From contig CANPVU010000002.1 in assembly GCA_947581765.1 (NCBI GenBank), forward strand, positions 123 to 64,122: DNA of 64,000 nt. The letters run 5' to 3'. Below the pieces are notes generated by a model, which was not told where the DNA came from, made no database searches, and saw only the letters and a program-made list of their open reading frames with translations. Below are positions 30,541 through 41,589 of this stretch, piece after piece (within the stretch, counting starts at the first letter, position 1; each line of letters begins with the position of its first letter). The stretch comes from an uncultured Bacilli bacterium (GTDB lineage: Bacteria; Bacillota_I; Bacilli_A; RF39; UBA660). A program made the translations under genes and the position numbers.

Positions 30541-30842
30541 AGTACCACCTCAACATATTAAATTTTACTATAATAATGATTTAAAAGCAAGAAAAATACT
30601 TTACATAAAAATATTTATTTAGTATAGAAATTCTTCGTAATAAAGTAATATTTATAAAAAATAACTCGAATTATGTAAATTGTAAATAATATATAATAAA
30701 AACAAAATAATATTTAATTTACTAATTAAAATTTTAAAATAATTACATTTTTAAAATAACTTATAGCACTATAAAAAGAATTAATAATTTATATATAATA
30801 TCAATAAGTAACATTATGCAAAATTATATGTATTTGTAAATT

Positions 30843-30870
30843 GACAAAAAAACAAGCTAATGCTTGTTTA
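30843..30870 (-). terminator. Terminator overlapping the stop codon of the transporter gene
   Basis: Stem AAACAAGC/GCTTGTTT with loop TAAT, followed by T7 on the minus strand. Confidence 0.7.
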
Positions 30871-32367
30871 CATACTAGTACTACCACCTATACCTAAAGG
30901 TAACCCTACTAATGACCATCCTATTATTACGATAATCCATGTTATAGTCATAACTAATAATACTGGTAACATCTTTCTTAATGTTCCAAAATATTTAATG
31001 TTTTCATCCTCATTATCTGCTTTATATAAGAAACCTAACATAACTATAAAAAATATATAAAATGGGCTGAAACACTTACCAATAGAATCTCCTGCTTGAA
31101 AAATCATTTGAGCATATTCTGGAGAAATATTAGCTCTAACTAAATTAGTAACTAATACTGGAGAAGCTAAAGACCAATTATTTATAGTACTTGGATTTAA
31201 TATAGTAATAAATATACAAACTATAAGTGCAAATGCTACCAAGAAGAAACCTGACATTTGTGATTGTCCAATTAATTCAACTAGGTTCAATGATAAAACT
31301 GTTGAAATATTTGTCCAATTTAATATACTCATCATTATAGATGCAAAAAATAATCCAGCAAATATAAATCCTGTATCTTGGAATGTTTTAGATATTGCTT
31401 TATTAAATTCACTACTATCTTTAATATTTCTAGATACTTTTCCATATATATAACTACATATAAGTGCTATACAAAGAATTATCAACATAAACCCTTCTCT
31501 AAAAGGAGAATTAGTTCCTAGTAACTGTTCTGTATAACCACTAGCATTTTCATCTAACATCCAACCAGATAATGGTAACCCCGGAATTATAGACCAAATA
31601 CTAATTAATAACATTATAACAAACGCTATTATAGAAGAACGAAGTGCTACATTTGATTTTATTAATTCTTCTTCTTTATTACGTTTTGTTTTAGTAACAA
31701 ATTCTTTTTCTATCATGATAGTACCTATTATCGATAACAATATCGTTGAGGTTATCATAATAAATAAAATAGAAAAAGGTCCAAAGGTATAATTTTCTAA
31801 CACATTACGTGCTGCTACTTGAGTCATTTCTCCTAGTACTATATCTTGATGATTATATACAATACCTGCACCATATCCCATAGTTATTCCTATAAATGAT
31901 GTCATTATTCCAACTTTAGGATCTCTATTTATTGATTTATACATTACTGTTACTAATGGTAATAATATACTATAACTATAATCACCAGTTATCGATGATA
32001 TTATACTTACAAATAAAACAATAAACGTAATAAAATGACTTTTTACTCCTTTAAATACTCCAAATATATGACTTAATAAGCCACTAACTTCAAGTATAGA
32101 AATAGTTATTAGTGAAACTATTATTGCTACAAGAGGTTCTATTGCCCTAAAATTTTTTAAAGAAGACCCTATAACACTACTAATTCCTTCCTTAGTAAAA
32201 ATATTATTTACTGTTATTGTTGTAGTTTCTAAAGTTTCTGGGTCTGTCATTTTACCTTTTATACTTAATTTGTTAAATACAAAACTTAAAACCATCAGTA
32301 TAATACAAATAATAACTATAATTGTAAGAGGTCCAATGTTGAGTTTTTTCATTTTCTTTTTACTCAT
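30868..32367 (-). CDS. AbgT/MtrF-family transporter (p-aminobenzoyl-glutamate transporter-like)
   Basis: 499-aa polytopic membrane protein. Size and N-terminal architecture fit AbgT. The assignment is by eye only. Confidence 0.6.
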   Translation of the reverse strand: MSKKKMKKLNIGPLTIIVIICIILMVLSFVFNKLSIKGKMTDPETLETTTITVNNIFTKEGISSVIGSSLKNFRAIEPLVAIIVSLITISILEVSGLLSHIFGVFKGVKSHFITFIVLFVSIISSITGDYSYSILLPLVTVMYKSINRDPKVGIMTSFIGITMGYGAGIVYNHQDIVLGEMTQVAARNVLENYTFGPFSILFIMITSTILLSIIGTIMIEKEFVTKTKRNKEEELIKSNVALRSSIIAFVIMLLISIWSIIPGLPLSGWMLDENASGYTEQLLGTNSPFREGFMLIILCIALICSYIYGKVSRNIKDSSEFNKAISKTFQDTGFIFAGLFFASIMMSILNWTNISTVLSLNLVELIGQSQMSGFFLVAFALIVCIFITILNPSTINNWSLASPVLVTNLVRANISPEYAQMIFQAGDSIGKCFSPFYIFFIVMLGFLYKADNEDENIKYFGTLRKMLPVLLVMTITWIIVIIGWSLVGLPLGIGGSTSM

Positions 32368-32377
32368 ATTACCTCCC

Positions 32378-32566
32378 TTAATAGTTAATTACTTTCTTTA
32401 ATTTTTTGTTAAATTCTATTCTTGGAAACATAATACTTCTACCACATTTTATACACTTAATTTTTATATCAGCACCTATCCTTGTAATTTCCCATTCATT
32501 ACTTTTACATGGATGCTCTTTTTTCATTACAACAATACTTCCAAGTTTATATAAATTATTTTCCAT
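32378..32566 (-). CDS. DUF951-family small protein
   Basis: 62 aa with KKEHPCKSNEWEITRIGADIKIKCIKCGR. This family is typically linked to ychF and parB in Firmicutes. Confidence 0.75.
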   Translation of the reverse strand: MENNLYKLGSIVVMKKEHPCKSNEWEITRIGADIKIKCIKCGRSIMFPRIEFNKKLKKVINY

Positions 32567-33362
32567 GATGTACCACCACCTGCGTAAATGGAATTTCTAT
32601 ATTGTTCTCATCAAACTTATTTTTAATTTGTTCTCTAAATTTCTGCTCATATACTATTTTATTATCGTAAGAACAATTAAATGCTACTCTAATAACTATA
32701 CCATTCTCACCAAATTCTTGAATTCCTCTTACTTCAGGTTTTTCAGATAATTTTAATTGTGTAAATATTTCTTGGCAAGTTTCATCTAATATTTCTTTAA
32801 CAAAAGAAATATTAGAGTCATATGATACTGGTATATCAATATATGAAGTACAATTTTCTAAACTATGATTTATCACTTTATCTATATTTCTATTAGATAT
32901 TATCAAGACTTCTCCAGTAAATGATTTTATACGTGTAGATTTAACTCCCAAATAAGTTACAGTTCCTTTGAAGTCTCCTATAGTAACTACATCACCTACT
33001 GCATACTGATCTTCAAATAATATACTCATTCCAGCTATTATATCTTTCAAAAAATCTTGAAGTGCTAAACCAGCTACTAAACTTACTACACCAAGTGATG
33101 CTATTAAAGACTTAGTATCTATACCATATACATCAAGTATCATAAGTAATGCTATTATAGCTATAAAATATTTAAGTATATTAGTTATAAGTCCTACAGT
33201 TGTATTATGTCTTCTATCGTTTATACGAACACCTTTTAGTTTAAAAGTAAGTATTTTTTTAATTAATGTACTTAAAGAAATATATATTAAAACAGAAAAT
33301 AAAATTATTAATAAAGGAACAATTACTTTTTTATTTAATAATACAATAATAATATCTTGCAT
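32556..33362 (-). CDS. mscS: Small-conductance mechanosensitive channel, MscS family
   Basis: Three N-terminal TM segments and the beta-domain motif GDVVTIGDFKGTVTYLGVKSTRI. Confidence 0.88.
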   Translation of the reverse strand: MQDIIIVLLNKKVIVPLLIILFSVLIYISLSTLIKKILTFKLKGVRINDRRHNTTVGLITNILKYFIAIIALLMILDVYGIDTKSLIASLGVVSLVAGLALQDFLKDIIAGMSILFEDQYAVGDVVTIGDFKGTVTYLGVKSTRIKSFTGEVLIISNRNIDKVINHSLENCTSYIDIPVSYDSNISFVKEILDETCQEIFTQLKLSEKPEVRGIQEFGENGIVIRVAFNCSYDNKIVYEQKFREQIKNKFDENNIEIPFTQVVVHHGK

Positions 33363-33363
33363 A

Positions 33364-34248
33364 CTATTCCTTTATATTCATTATATCAAGTATTCTATTT
33401 AAATCTGCAACATTTGTAAAACGAATTTCTATTTTATTTTCTTTTATTCTTACTTTAGTATCTAGTCGTTCTTTTAATAATTCCTCAACATAAAGATAAT
33501 CTGCCCTTAATGGTTTAGTATGTCTTTCTGTTTTAACTTTTTTAGCTTCATTTACTGCCTGATTTTCAATCTCCCTTACAGGTATCTTATTCTCTATAAT
33601 GTTATGTGCTAACTCTCTAATCCTATTATCATCTTCTAATTTACTTAAAACTCTTGCATGAGCCATACTTAATTTATTAGAAGTTACTAACTGCTGAATA
33701 TCTTGTGGTAATCTTAATAATCCTAATGTATTTGTAATATGACTTCTACTTTTTCCTACTCTTTGACTAAGTTGTTCTTGAGTAAGTCCTAACTTTTCTA
33801 TCATAGTTTTATATGCAATAGCTTCTTCAATAGCACTTAAATTTTCACGTTGTAAATTTTCTAAAAGTGCTATTTCCATCATTTGATTATCATTAAGATT
33901 TCGAATTATTGCAGGAATAGTAGTTTTACCTGCAATAGAACTTGCTCTAACACGTCTTTCTCCAGCTATTATTTCATACCCTTTTATACTCTTTTTTACA
34001 ATTATTGGCTGAAATACACCATGCTCTTTTATGGATGATGCCAATTCTTGTAAAGATTCATCATCAAATACCTTTCTTGGTTGATATGGATTTGCTCTTA
34101 ATTCTGATAATGGTATATCGATTATTTCTTCTCTTTTTACAGTATCATAAACTGATTTTTCAAAATTTTCTAAATCTATACTTTCATTAATAAATAACTG
34201 TTCTAGTCCTTTACCTAGAGCTCTTTTTTTATTCTCCATTTCTCTCAA
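33364..34248 (-). CDS. parB: Chromosome partitioning protein ParB/Spo0J
   Basis: Contains NPYQPRK, IIAGERRVRAS and an HTH (LTQEQLSQRVGKSRSHITN). Confidence 0.95.
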   Translation of the reverse strand: MREMENKKRALGKGLEQLFINESIDLENFEKSVYDTVKREEIIDIPLSELRANPYQPRKVFDDESLQELASSIKEHGVFQPIIVKKSIKGYEIIAGERRVRASSIAGKTTIPAIIRNLNDNQMMEIALLENLQRENLSAIEEAIAYKTMIEKLGLTQEQLSQRVGKSRSHITNTLGLLRLPQDIQQLVTSNKLSMAHARVLSKLEDDNRIRELAHNIIENKIPVREIENQAVNEAKKVKTERHTKPLRADYLYVEELLKERLDTKVRIKENKIEIRFTNVADLNRILDIMNIKE

Positions 34249-35014
34249 TCACCTCTTTGGCTAAATTTAGATATGCTTCTGTACCTCTACTTTTTGGATC
34301 ATAAGCATGTATAGGTTTTCCATGACTTGGAGCTTCAGATAATCTTACAAGTCTAGGTATTATAGTATCGTATACTTTTTCTTTAAAATAACTTTTAATC
34401 TCCTCTACAACTTCCAAACCTAAATTTGTTCTATTATCCAACATAGTAAGTAAAACACCTTCTATATCTAAATTTGGATTTAATTTTTTTTGAGCTATCA
34501 TTATTGAGTTTAATAATTGCATAATTCCTTCAAGAGCAAAAAATTCACACTGCACAGGTATTATTACAGAATCTGATGCAGCAAGTGCATTTGTAGTAAT
34601 TAATCCTAATGAAGGAGGACAATCTAGTATAATATAATCAAATAAATTTGAAACTTGCTTTAAATATTTCTTTAATTGTAATTGTGGAATAAAGTTAGGA
34701 TTTTCTCTAGACATCTCCATTAATTCCATATCAATACCTGCTAAATTTATAGTAGCTGGTATTGTATATAAATTTTTAAACTTTGTCTTAATTATAACAT
34801 CCTTTATGCTTACTTTATCCACTAATAATTCATATATACTACTCTCTAACTCACTTTTACTAATCCCTATACCCGTTGTACTATTTCCTTGAGGGTCTAA
34901 ATCTACTAGTAATGTTTTCTTTCCTAATAAGCCCAAAGAAGCTGATAAATTTATGCTTGACGTAGTTTTTCCTACCCCACCTTTTTGATTAACAAATGCT
35001 ATAATTTTGCCCAT
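34229..35014 (-). CDS. parA: Chromosome partitioning ATPase ParA/Soj
   Basis: Deviant Walker A box NQKGGVGKTT. Confidence 0.95.
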   Translation of the reverse strand: MGKIIAFVNQKGGVGKTTSSINLSASLGLLGKKTLLVDLDPQGNSTTGIGISKSELESSIYELLVDKVSIKDVIIKTKFKNLYTIPATINLAGIDMELMEMSRENPNFIPQLQLKKYLKQVSNLFDYIILDCPPSLGLITTNALAASDSVIIPVQCEFFALEGIMQLLNSIMIAQKKLNPNLDIEGVLLTMLDNRTNLGLEVVEEIKSYFKEKVYDTIIPRLVRLSEAPSHGKPIHAYDPKSRGTEAYLNLAKEVIERNGE

Positions 35015-35111
35015 TATCTCACCTATTTCTAACTTCTTTTCATAATATATTTTATCACACTTTATTTAGTATTCCAAGCTATAATAAATTTAAATAGCTA
35101 CTAAATAATAT

Positions 35112-35141
35112 AAAACAAAAGTAATATATATTGCAATATTA
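35112..35141 (-). terminator. Terminator after the 642-aa membrane protein gene
   Basis: Stem AGTAATAT/ATATTACT, followed by a T-rich run on the minus strand. Confidence 0.6.
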
Positions 35142-37067
35142 CTTTTTACTTTTTTCCATATTTTTTAATAATTTTTGTTTTTCTTTTAAAAGTCTATCAT
35201 AAAATAATTCTTTATAATCACTATACTGCTCATTACATAAGTCCATATATATATCTATTTCTTTTTCATCTAGTGGTTCTATTCTCTTATATATATATGC
35301 AACAACTTCATTTTCTAAATCCACTTTTTTTACTAATTCAAATTTATTAAATATATAATCATTATTATAAAATATATCTATTAAATTAGTTAGTAACTTT
35401 ACTCTTTCAACATCAATCCACTGTTGTATTGGTTCTAATATTACATAGTACTCGCTATTTAATGTAGCAAGTGGAAATCCTTCAGAATATAAATAACTAT
35501 TTGATGATATCTTTTTATTATTTATATTTGGTTTTGGGTAATTAATAAAATATTGGCTATCATAATTGCTACCTGCAGCATATATAATAGCTGTTTTACC
35601 TTTACTTAAATTATCGTTTAAATAATCTACTATTTGGCCTATTTTATCTAAATCATTTCTTCTAATTGGATGTAATCTAGCATTTCCATAAACTAATTCT
35701 AATGGCCTAGTTATTTGCGTTCCATTACATTTCTCTTTTATACAAATAGCTAATATCAAGGTTATTAAAGGAAAAACTATAAATAGTTGTCTTAATACAT
35801 AATTAACAATTTTATTTTTACTTAACGCTAAATATGCAGTATTAAATAAACAAAACATATAAAAGGGCATTAAAATTAATGATTGATGAACTTCAAATGT
35901 TTGAACCGTAGTAAACATTGCCATACTAAGTAAATAAGTACATAGTAATAATATAGAGTTTTTTCTATTATTTTTCTTATATAAACTAAATATTAATCCT
36001 ACAACAATTAAGAACATAATTAACATTCCAATTATAACTAATTGATTTAAGGGTTCATATAGTATACCTCCCCTATTCCAATTAGAATATATTTTTGAAT
36101 AATTTTTAGATAATATATTTTTTATCATTTGATTTGCAAATAATACTATCAAAAATAAAGAACTAAATCCAAATATCATTAAATTAGTAATTCTTTTTAT
36201 AAACAATTTTTTATCTTTTTTCATAATTGTTGATATAAATAAAACTAGTACATAACATGTATAATATGAAACAACAAAATATAAATACCATCTTCGAATC
36301 ATAATAAGTATACAAGTAATTATAAAGATTACTATCCATCTTACTATATCCTTGTTATCAAAATTATATTCCATTGTAAGTAATATTATAGACAGTGCAA
36401 AAATTAATCCAATTATATCAGGTCTACCTAATATTGTACTTTCATGTAAAGATGGAAATATTACAATAATAAACAATAAAAATATTTTAAAAATTAATTT
36501 ATCTTGTATTTTTGATTCATATTTTCTTAATATACATAATCCAAACATATACAATAATATAATAACTGGTATTGTTCCACAAATAAAATAGCACAGATTC
36601 ATCCATTGTATATCTCCTCTAAATAAAGAATAAAATGGATAAACGAATAATAATAAAAATTTTCCATAATCATCAACTAGACCAGTCTTAATTAATTCTT
36701 TATAACTTGAAAACAAATTTTTATTTATAAATCCTAATAACTCTTGCATATTTCTATAATGTAATACGTTATCCCATACATAAATCTTTTTACTATAATA
36801 TATGATAAATGAATATATTAAAAGTGATAAAGCTAAAAATATAGCCAATAATAATATATCATTTCTCTTAAATTTTATATCACATTTTTTTGCTACATAA
36901 ATTATTAATTTATATACAAGTATATTTGCTAATATTCCAGTTAAACCAAATGCTATTTTATTAAGTATTGGAATAGATAATTTCTGAGCAAATATATTGA
37001 AAATCAAGTACATAATTAAAACTAATATATACATTACTCTTCTTATATTCTTATTCACTATTATCAC
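35139..37067 (-). CDS. Large polytopic membrane protein; possibly a GT-C-type glycosyltransferase
   Basis: 642 aa with at least 12 predicted TM segments, a DD motif in an early loop (GLVDDYGKF) and a soluble C-terminal domain of about 200 aa. The family assignment is tentative. Confidence 0.45.
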   Translation of the reverse strand: MIIVNKNIRRVMYILVLIMYLIFNIFAQKLSIPILNKIAFGLTGILANILVYKLIIYVAKKCDIKFKRNDILLLAIFLALSLLIYSFIIYYSKKIYVWDNVLHYRNMQELLGFINKNLFSSYKELIKTGLVDDYGKFLLLFVYPFYSLFRGDIQWMNLCYFICGTIPVIILLYMFGLCILRKYESKIQDKLIFKIFLLFIIVIFPSLHESTILGRPDIIGLIFALSIILLTMEYNFDNKDIVRWIVIFIITCILIMIRRWYLYFVVSYYTCYVLVLFISTIMKKDKKLFIKRITNLMIFGFSSLFLIVLFANQMIKNILSKNYSKIYSNWNRGGILYEPLNQLVIIGMLIMFLIVVGLIFSLYKKNNRKNSILLLCTYLLSMAMFTTVQTFEVHQSLILMPFYMFCLFNTAYLALSKNKIVNYVLRQLFIVFPLITLILAICIKEKCNGTQITRPLELVYGNARLHPIRRNDLDKIGQIVDYLNDNLSKGKTAIIYAAGSNYDSQYFINYPKPNINNKKISSNSYLYSEGFPLATLNSEYYVILEPIQQWIDVERVKLLTNLIDIFYNNDYIFNKFELVKKVDLENEVVAYIYKRIEPLDEKEIDIYMDLCNEQYSDYKELFYDRLLKEKQKLLKNMEKSKK

Positions 37068-37117
37068 CTATATATTATTTTATAATTTATAACAATACAA
37101 TGTCAATAAAACATAAA

Positions 37118-38896
37118 CTATATCTCATTAAACATATTTAATTTTTTCATTACTTTTATTTTATCTTTATCTTTAATTCTTTTTCTAACTATACCTTCTT
37201 CTAAATAACTACTTTCATCACCACAAAAAGTAGTAAACACCATTAATATTGTTTTTAACAATTCATAATTAGATAATAGATACTGCGTTAAATCATCACT
37301 TTGTTCAATAACATCTATTATTTTTTTTGAAGTATTATCTGATAATCCAAATACTATTATTCTTTCATATACATATAAACATATTGTATTTATAAACATA
37401 TTAGTTTCTTGTTGAGAGGTTAGAAAAATTCCTTTACTATCATTTATTTTTTTCACAATATCATTTATATATTCAACACTCTTATATTCTTTTACATATC
37501 CTAATATTATTCCAACATATTTCCATATCATTAAATCATTTAATTCATTTATTTTAGATAAATTTTTATGATTATAATTATAAAGTAATGTTTTTTCCTG
37601 TTGTACTAAAGTCTCACTATTATACTCGTAAAATAAATCTAGTAATTCATAACTATTATCAAAGAATAAATTTATCATATCCTTTAAAGTATTGGACATA
37701 TTTTCTATTTTTATTTTTAACTCTTCATTCATATTTTTTTTATAGCACAAATACTCATATACTTCAGTAATAATAATATTAATCATAACATTTTTATAAA
37801 AAGACTCGAATCTTGGATCTAATCCTAATGAATATAGCAAACCATACAAGCAATTTTTTTCATCCATTAATAGGTTTTGTATTTCATTATTATCTGCATC
37901 ATTTACAAATTTAATATTCCAAAGTGCACTTTTTAATTTTGAATTTAATGTAATATCATTCATCATACTTTGAGGTTCGAATTTATTGTAGTAATATGGA
38001 TCTAAATTTTCAAAAATTTCTTTACTCTTTTTCGATTTAACTAATCTCCTAAGATCATAATCATCCCCATATTCTTCATAATTATCATATATATTCTCAA
38101 TAACAATAGCTGCACTATTCGCATCATTAAAGAAATTTTCATATAAATCTTCACCAGATTCAACCATAAGTATAAAATTTTTCTCTTCATCTATTAATTC
38201 TTCATTTGATTCTTCTTCAACTTTCAAATATGCATAAGTTAAACTATATATATAATCTATATAATTACGTATCTCATATTCGTTTGAAAAACTTTCCTCT
38301 ATATCATTTTTTACTTTTATATATAAATTTCTATAAAATTTTATATATTTTTGTTTATCTTCTAGTTTATCTTCAAAAATTAAATTCGTATTAATATTAT
38401 TTGATTTCATTATTTCTAAATACATATTAATCAATTTTTTTATTTCATACTTATATAAATTACCTGTATGTATATTTATATCATATCTTTCTTCTATAAT
38501 TTTAATATACATATTTATTAATTTGATAGGGCATAAATTATTATATTTAAATATACTCATTAAATTAGGATTACAACGTATATATTCTACAATTTCTGAG
38601 TCTAATACACTTAAATTTATTTCATCATCATCATCATTAATTTTACTTTCATAATATATAGCTTTTATATATTCATTATACCTACTAATAATGCTTCTTA
38701 GCATATTTTCTTTTTGTTTAATTAGTTCTTCTGTTGATATATTTAACTCATAACATACTAAAAAGTCCCAAGGAGATTTACTGCACAAAAAATCTCTTAT
38801 CATTAATTGATCATTTCTAAAAAATTCTATAACATATATGGAAAAATCTAAAATCTCATCTAAACTATCATAATCTACCATTTCGAAATTGTACAT
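37118..38896 (-). CDS. Hypothetical large acidic helical protein
   Basis: About 592 aa with no family recognised. ATG at 38896 has AAAGGTGA upstream. Confidence 0.6.
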   Translation of the reverse strand: MYNFEMVDYDSLDEILDFSIYVIEFFRNDQLMIRDFLCSKSPWDFLVCYELNISTEELIKQKENMLRSIISRYNEYIKAIYYESKINDDDDEINLSVLDSEIVEYIRCNPNLMSIFKYNNLCPIKLINMYIKIIEERYDINIHTGNLYKYEIKKLINMYLEIMKSNNINTNLIFEDKLEDKQKYIKFYRNLYIKVKNDIEESFSNEYEIRNYIDYIYSLTYAYLKVEEESNEELIDEEKNFILMVESGEDLYENFFNDANSAAIVIENIYDNYEEYGDDYDLRRLVKSKKSKEIFENLDPYYYNKFEPQSMMNDITLNSKLKSALWNIKFVNDADNNEIQNLLMDEKNCLYGLLYSLGLDPRFESFYKNVMINIIITEVYEYLCYKKNMNEELKIKIENMSNTLKDMINLFFDNSYELLDLFYEYNSETLVQQEKTLLYNYNHKNLSKINELNDLMIWKYVGIILGYVKEYKSVEYINDIVKKINDSKGIFLTSQQETNMFINTICLYVYERIIVFGLSDNTSKKIIDVIEQSDDLTQYLLSNYELLKTILMVFTTFCGDESSYLEEGIVRKRIKDKDKIKVMKKLNMFNEI

Positions 38897-38959
38897 AATA
38901 ATCACCTTTTTAAAAGCTATTATATACTATGATTATAAAAATTGTCAAAAAAATGATAG

Positions 38960-40768
38960 TTATTTCCTACTATCAAATTTTTTTCTTTCATTAGTATTAA
39001 GTATAGCTTTACGCATACGATAATTTACTGGAGTAACTTCTACTAATTCATCATCATTAATATAATCAAGACATACTTCAAGACTCATTTGTTTTGGACG
39101 TTTTAAGACAACAGTATGATCTTTTCCTGCACTACGTGTATTAGTTAAATTTTTTCCTTTTACAACATTTACAGCTAAATCATTTTCATGATTGTTCTCT
39201 CCAACAATCATTCCCTCATATACTTCTGTACCTGGTTCTATAAACATAACTCCACGATCTTCTAATCCACCTAAAGCATATGCTGTAGCTTGACCATTTT
39301 CCATTGATACTAAAACACCATTTTTTCTTGTTCCAACTAAATTACTAACTTTTGGTCTATAATCTTTAAATGTATGGTTAATAATACCATATCCCTTAGT
39401 CATAGTCATAAAATCAGTCATAAATCCTATTAAACCACGAGTTGGTACAATATATTGTAGTCTTGTTTGTCCTTCAACTGTATTCATATTTTCCATTATA
39501 CCTTCTCTATTACCTAATGCCTCTATTATACTTCCAACATATTCATCTGGTAAATCTATTTGTACTTCTTCAAAAGGTTCACAAACTACACCATCTATTT
39601 CTTTTTCAATAATTTTTGGCTTAGATACTTGTAATTCAAAACCTTCACGACGCATATTTTCTATTAAAATAGATAAATGCAATTCTCCCCTTCCGGATAC
39701 TATAAATGATTCTGAATCATTAGGTTGTACTCTTAATGATACGTCTTTTTCTGTTTCCTTAACTAATCTTTCTTCTATTTTACGTGCAGTAACTATTTTA
39801 CCTTCTCTACCACAAAATGGACTTGTATTGACACCAAATGTCATTTGTAATGTTGGCTCATCAATACGAAGTACAGGTAATGCCTCTTCTTGACCAACTG
39901 TACATACAGTTTCACCTACAGATATATCAGGTAAACCTGCTATAGCAACTATATCTCCAGCTTCTGCACTATTTACTTCTACTCTTTTAAGCCCAATAAA
40001 TCCATATATTTTTGCAACTCTAAATTGTTTTATACTACCATCTAATCTTACACAAGATACCATTTCATTTAACTTAATATTTCCTCTTTTAACAAGACCA
40101 ATTCCAATACGACCTACAAAATCATTATAATCTAATAAAGCAGGTTGAAATTGTAATGGCTTATCTAGTTCTACATTTGGTTCTGGCATATATTCTAATA
40201 TCATATCCAATATTCTTTCCATACCTGGTTGTTGTGTACTTGGATCAGCAGATAAAGAAGATGTACCATTAATAGCACTACAATATACTACTGGAAAATC
40301 CAAATCATCTATATCTGCACCTAATTCTATGAATAAATCCATTACTTCATCTACTACTTCTTTTGGTCTAGCACTTGGTTTATCTATCTTATTAACTACA
40401 ACTATTGGTTTTACTTTAGCTTCCATAGCTTTCTTTAATACAAATCTAGTTTGTGGCATTGTACCTTCATATGCATCAACAACAAGTAATACTCCATCAA
40501 CCATATTCATAATACGTTCCACTTCTCCACCAAAATCAGCATGTCCTGGTGTATCTAAAATATTAATACGAGTATCTTTATAATTAATAGCTGTAGTCTT
40601 AGCTAATATCGTAATTCCTCTTTCTCTTTCAATAGCATTTGAATCCATTGCTCTTTCTTGTACTGTTTCATTATCCCTAAAAGTACCAGATGATTGCAAT
40701 AATTTATCTACTAACGTCGTCTTTCCATGATCGACATGTGCTATAATTGCAATATTTCTCTTTTTCAT
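38960..40768 (-). CDS. typA: Translational GTPase TypA/BipA
   Basis: Contains NIAIIAHVDHGKTTLVD and DTPGHADFGGEVER. AAAGGAG lies upstream of the ATG at 40768. Confidence 0.96.
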   Translation of the reverse strand: MKKRNIAIIAHVDHGKTTLVDKLLQSSGTFRDNETVQERAMDSNAIERERGITILAKTTAINYKDTRINILDTPGHADFGGEVERIMNMVDGVLLVVDAYEGTMPQTRFVLKKAMEAKVKPIVVVNKIDKPSARPKEVVDEVMDLFIELGADIDDLDFPVVYCSAINGTSSLSADPSTQQPGMERILDMILEYMPEPNVELDKPLQFQPALLDYNDFVGRIGIGLVKRGNIKLNEMVSCVRLDGSIKQFRVAKIYGFIGLKRVEVNSAEAGDIVAIAGLPDISVGETVCTVGQEEALPVLRIDEPTLQMTFGVNTSPFCGREGKIVTARKIEERLVKETEKDVSLRVQPNDSESFIVSGRGELHLSILIENMRREGFELQVSKPKIIEKEIDGVVCEPFEEVQIDLPDEYVGSIIEALGNREGIMENMNTVEGQTRLQYIVPTRGLIGFMTDFMTMTKGYGIINHTFKDYRPKVSNLVGTRKNGVLVSMENGQATAYALGGLEDRGVMFIEPGTEVYEGMIVGENNHENDLAVNVVKGKNLTNTRSAGKDHTVVLKRPKQMSLEVCLDYINDDELVEVTPVNYRMRKAILNTNERKKFDSRK

Positions 40769-40882
40769 ATAAAAACTCCTTTTTAACACTTGACAGATTA
40801 TAGCACATTATAAAAAATAAGTAAAGTTTATTTTATTTCAATTTTTATCTAGTATTTTATTACATTTCTATTAAAAATTATT

Positions 40883-40914
40883 GAAAAAGTGTATTTTCCT
40901 TTTAAAATACACTT
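40883..40914 (-). terminator. Terminator after the 215-aa gene
   Basis: 11-bp stem AAGTGTATTTT/AAAATACACTT, followed by T5 on the minus strand. Confidence 0.8.
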
Positions 40915-40934
40915 CTTCACATAATTAAAATTCT

Positions 40935-41582
40935 TTATTTATAATAGTCAAGTAAAATTTTAATTTTTTGAACTTTATACTGTTTCATTAACCTCTTATA
41001 ACTATGACTACTTTTTTGATATGCATAATAGTTATATCCACAGCCATTTTTTATATCTATTGAAAACACAAAATTATAGACATTACCATTTAAATCTTGA
41101 TATATACACATAGTATTTATTACATCTTCTGCTATTTTCTCGTTTATAAATAATGAAGTTTGAACACTTTTTTCTTCTCCTGATGCTATATCAAATGTAG
41201 TATATAGTCTCTGGTTAATTTTATCAGACAATTCTTGATTACCATCGATTTCTGTTCCAGTATTTAAATCATAAAATTTTACATTGGTTGCAACACCATA
41301 ACCAATATTTCTTAATTTAATTTTTACATTTATATTATAATTTTCTTTTTCTATAGTTTTTAAATCATTATTCTTATATTTATTTTTGAATTTACTACCT
41401 AGCATAACTAAAAAATAATAACATTTATTCAATATATTTATAGTTTCTATACTTTGTAAAACTATATATGGTTTATGCTCTGCTTTAATTCTACTTGTTA
41501 CTGTATAAATAGATACTAATATAGTAGCAAACACAGGTATAACTATAGAAGCAATTGTAAGTAAAAAGGTATACGTTTCCAT
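40935..41582 (-). CDS. Hypothetical protein with an N-terminal TM anchor
   Basis: 215 aa with one N-terminal TM helix. No family recognised. Confidence 0.55.
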   Translation of the reverse strand: METYTFLLTIASIVIPVFATILVSIYTVTSRIKAEHKPYIVLQSIETINILNKCYYFLVMLGSKFKNKYKNNDLKTIEKENYNINVKIKLRNIGYGVATNVKFYDLNTGTEIDGNQELSDKINQRLYTTFDIASGEEKSVQTSLFINEKIAEDVINTMCIYQDLNGNVYNFVFSIDIKNGCGYNYYAYQKSSHSYKRLMKQYKVQKIKILLDYYK

Positions 41583-41589
41583 ACTTCAC

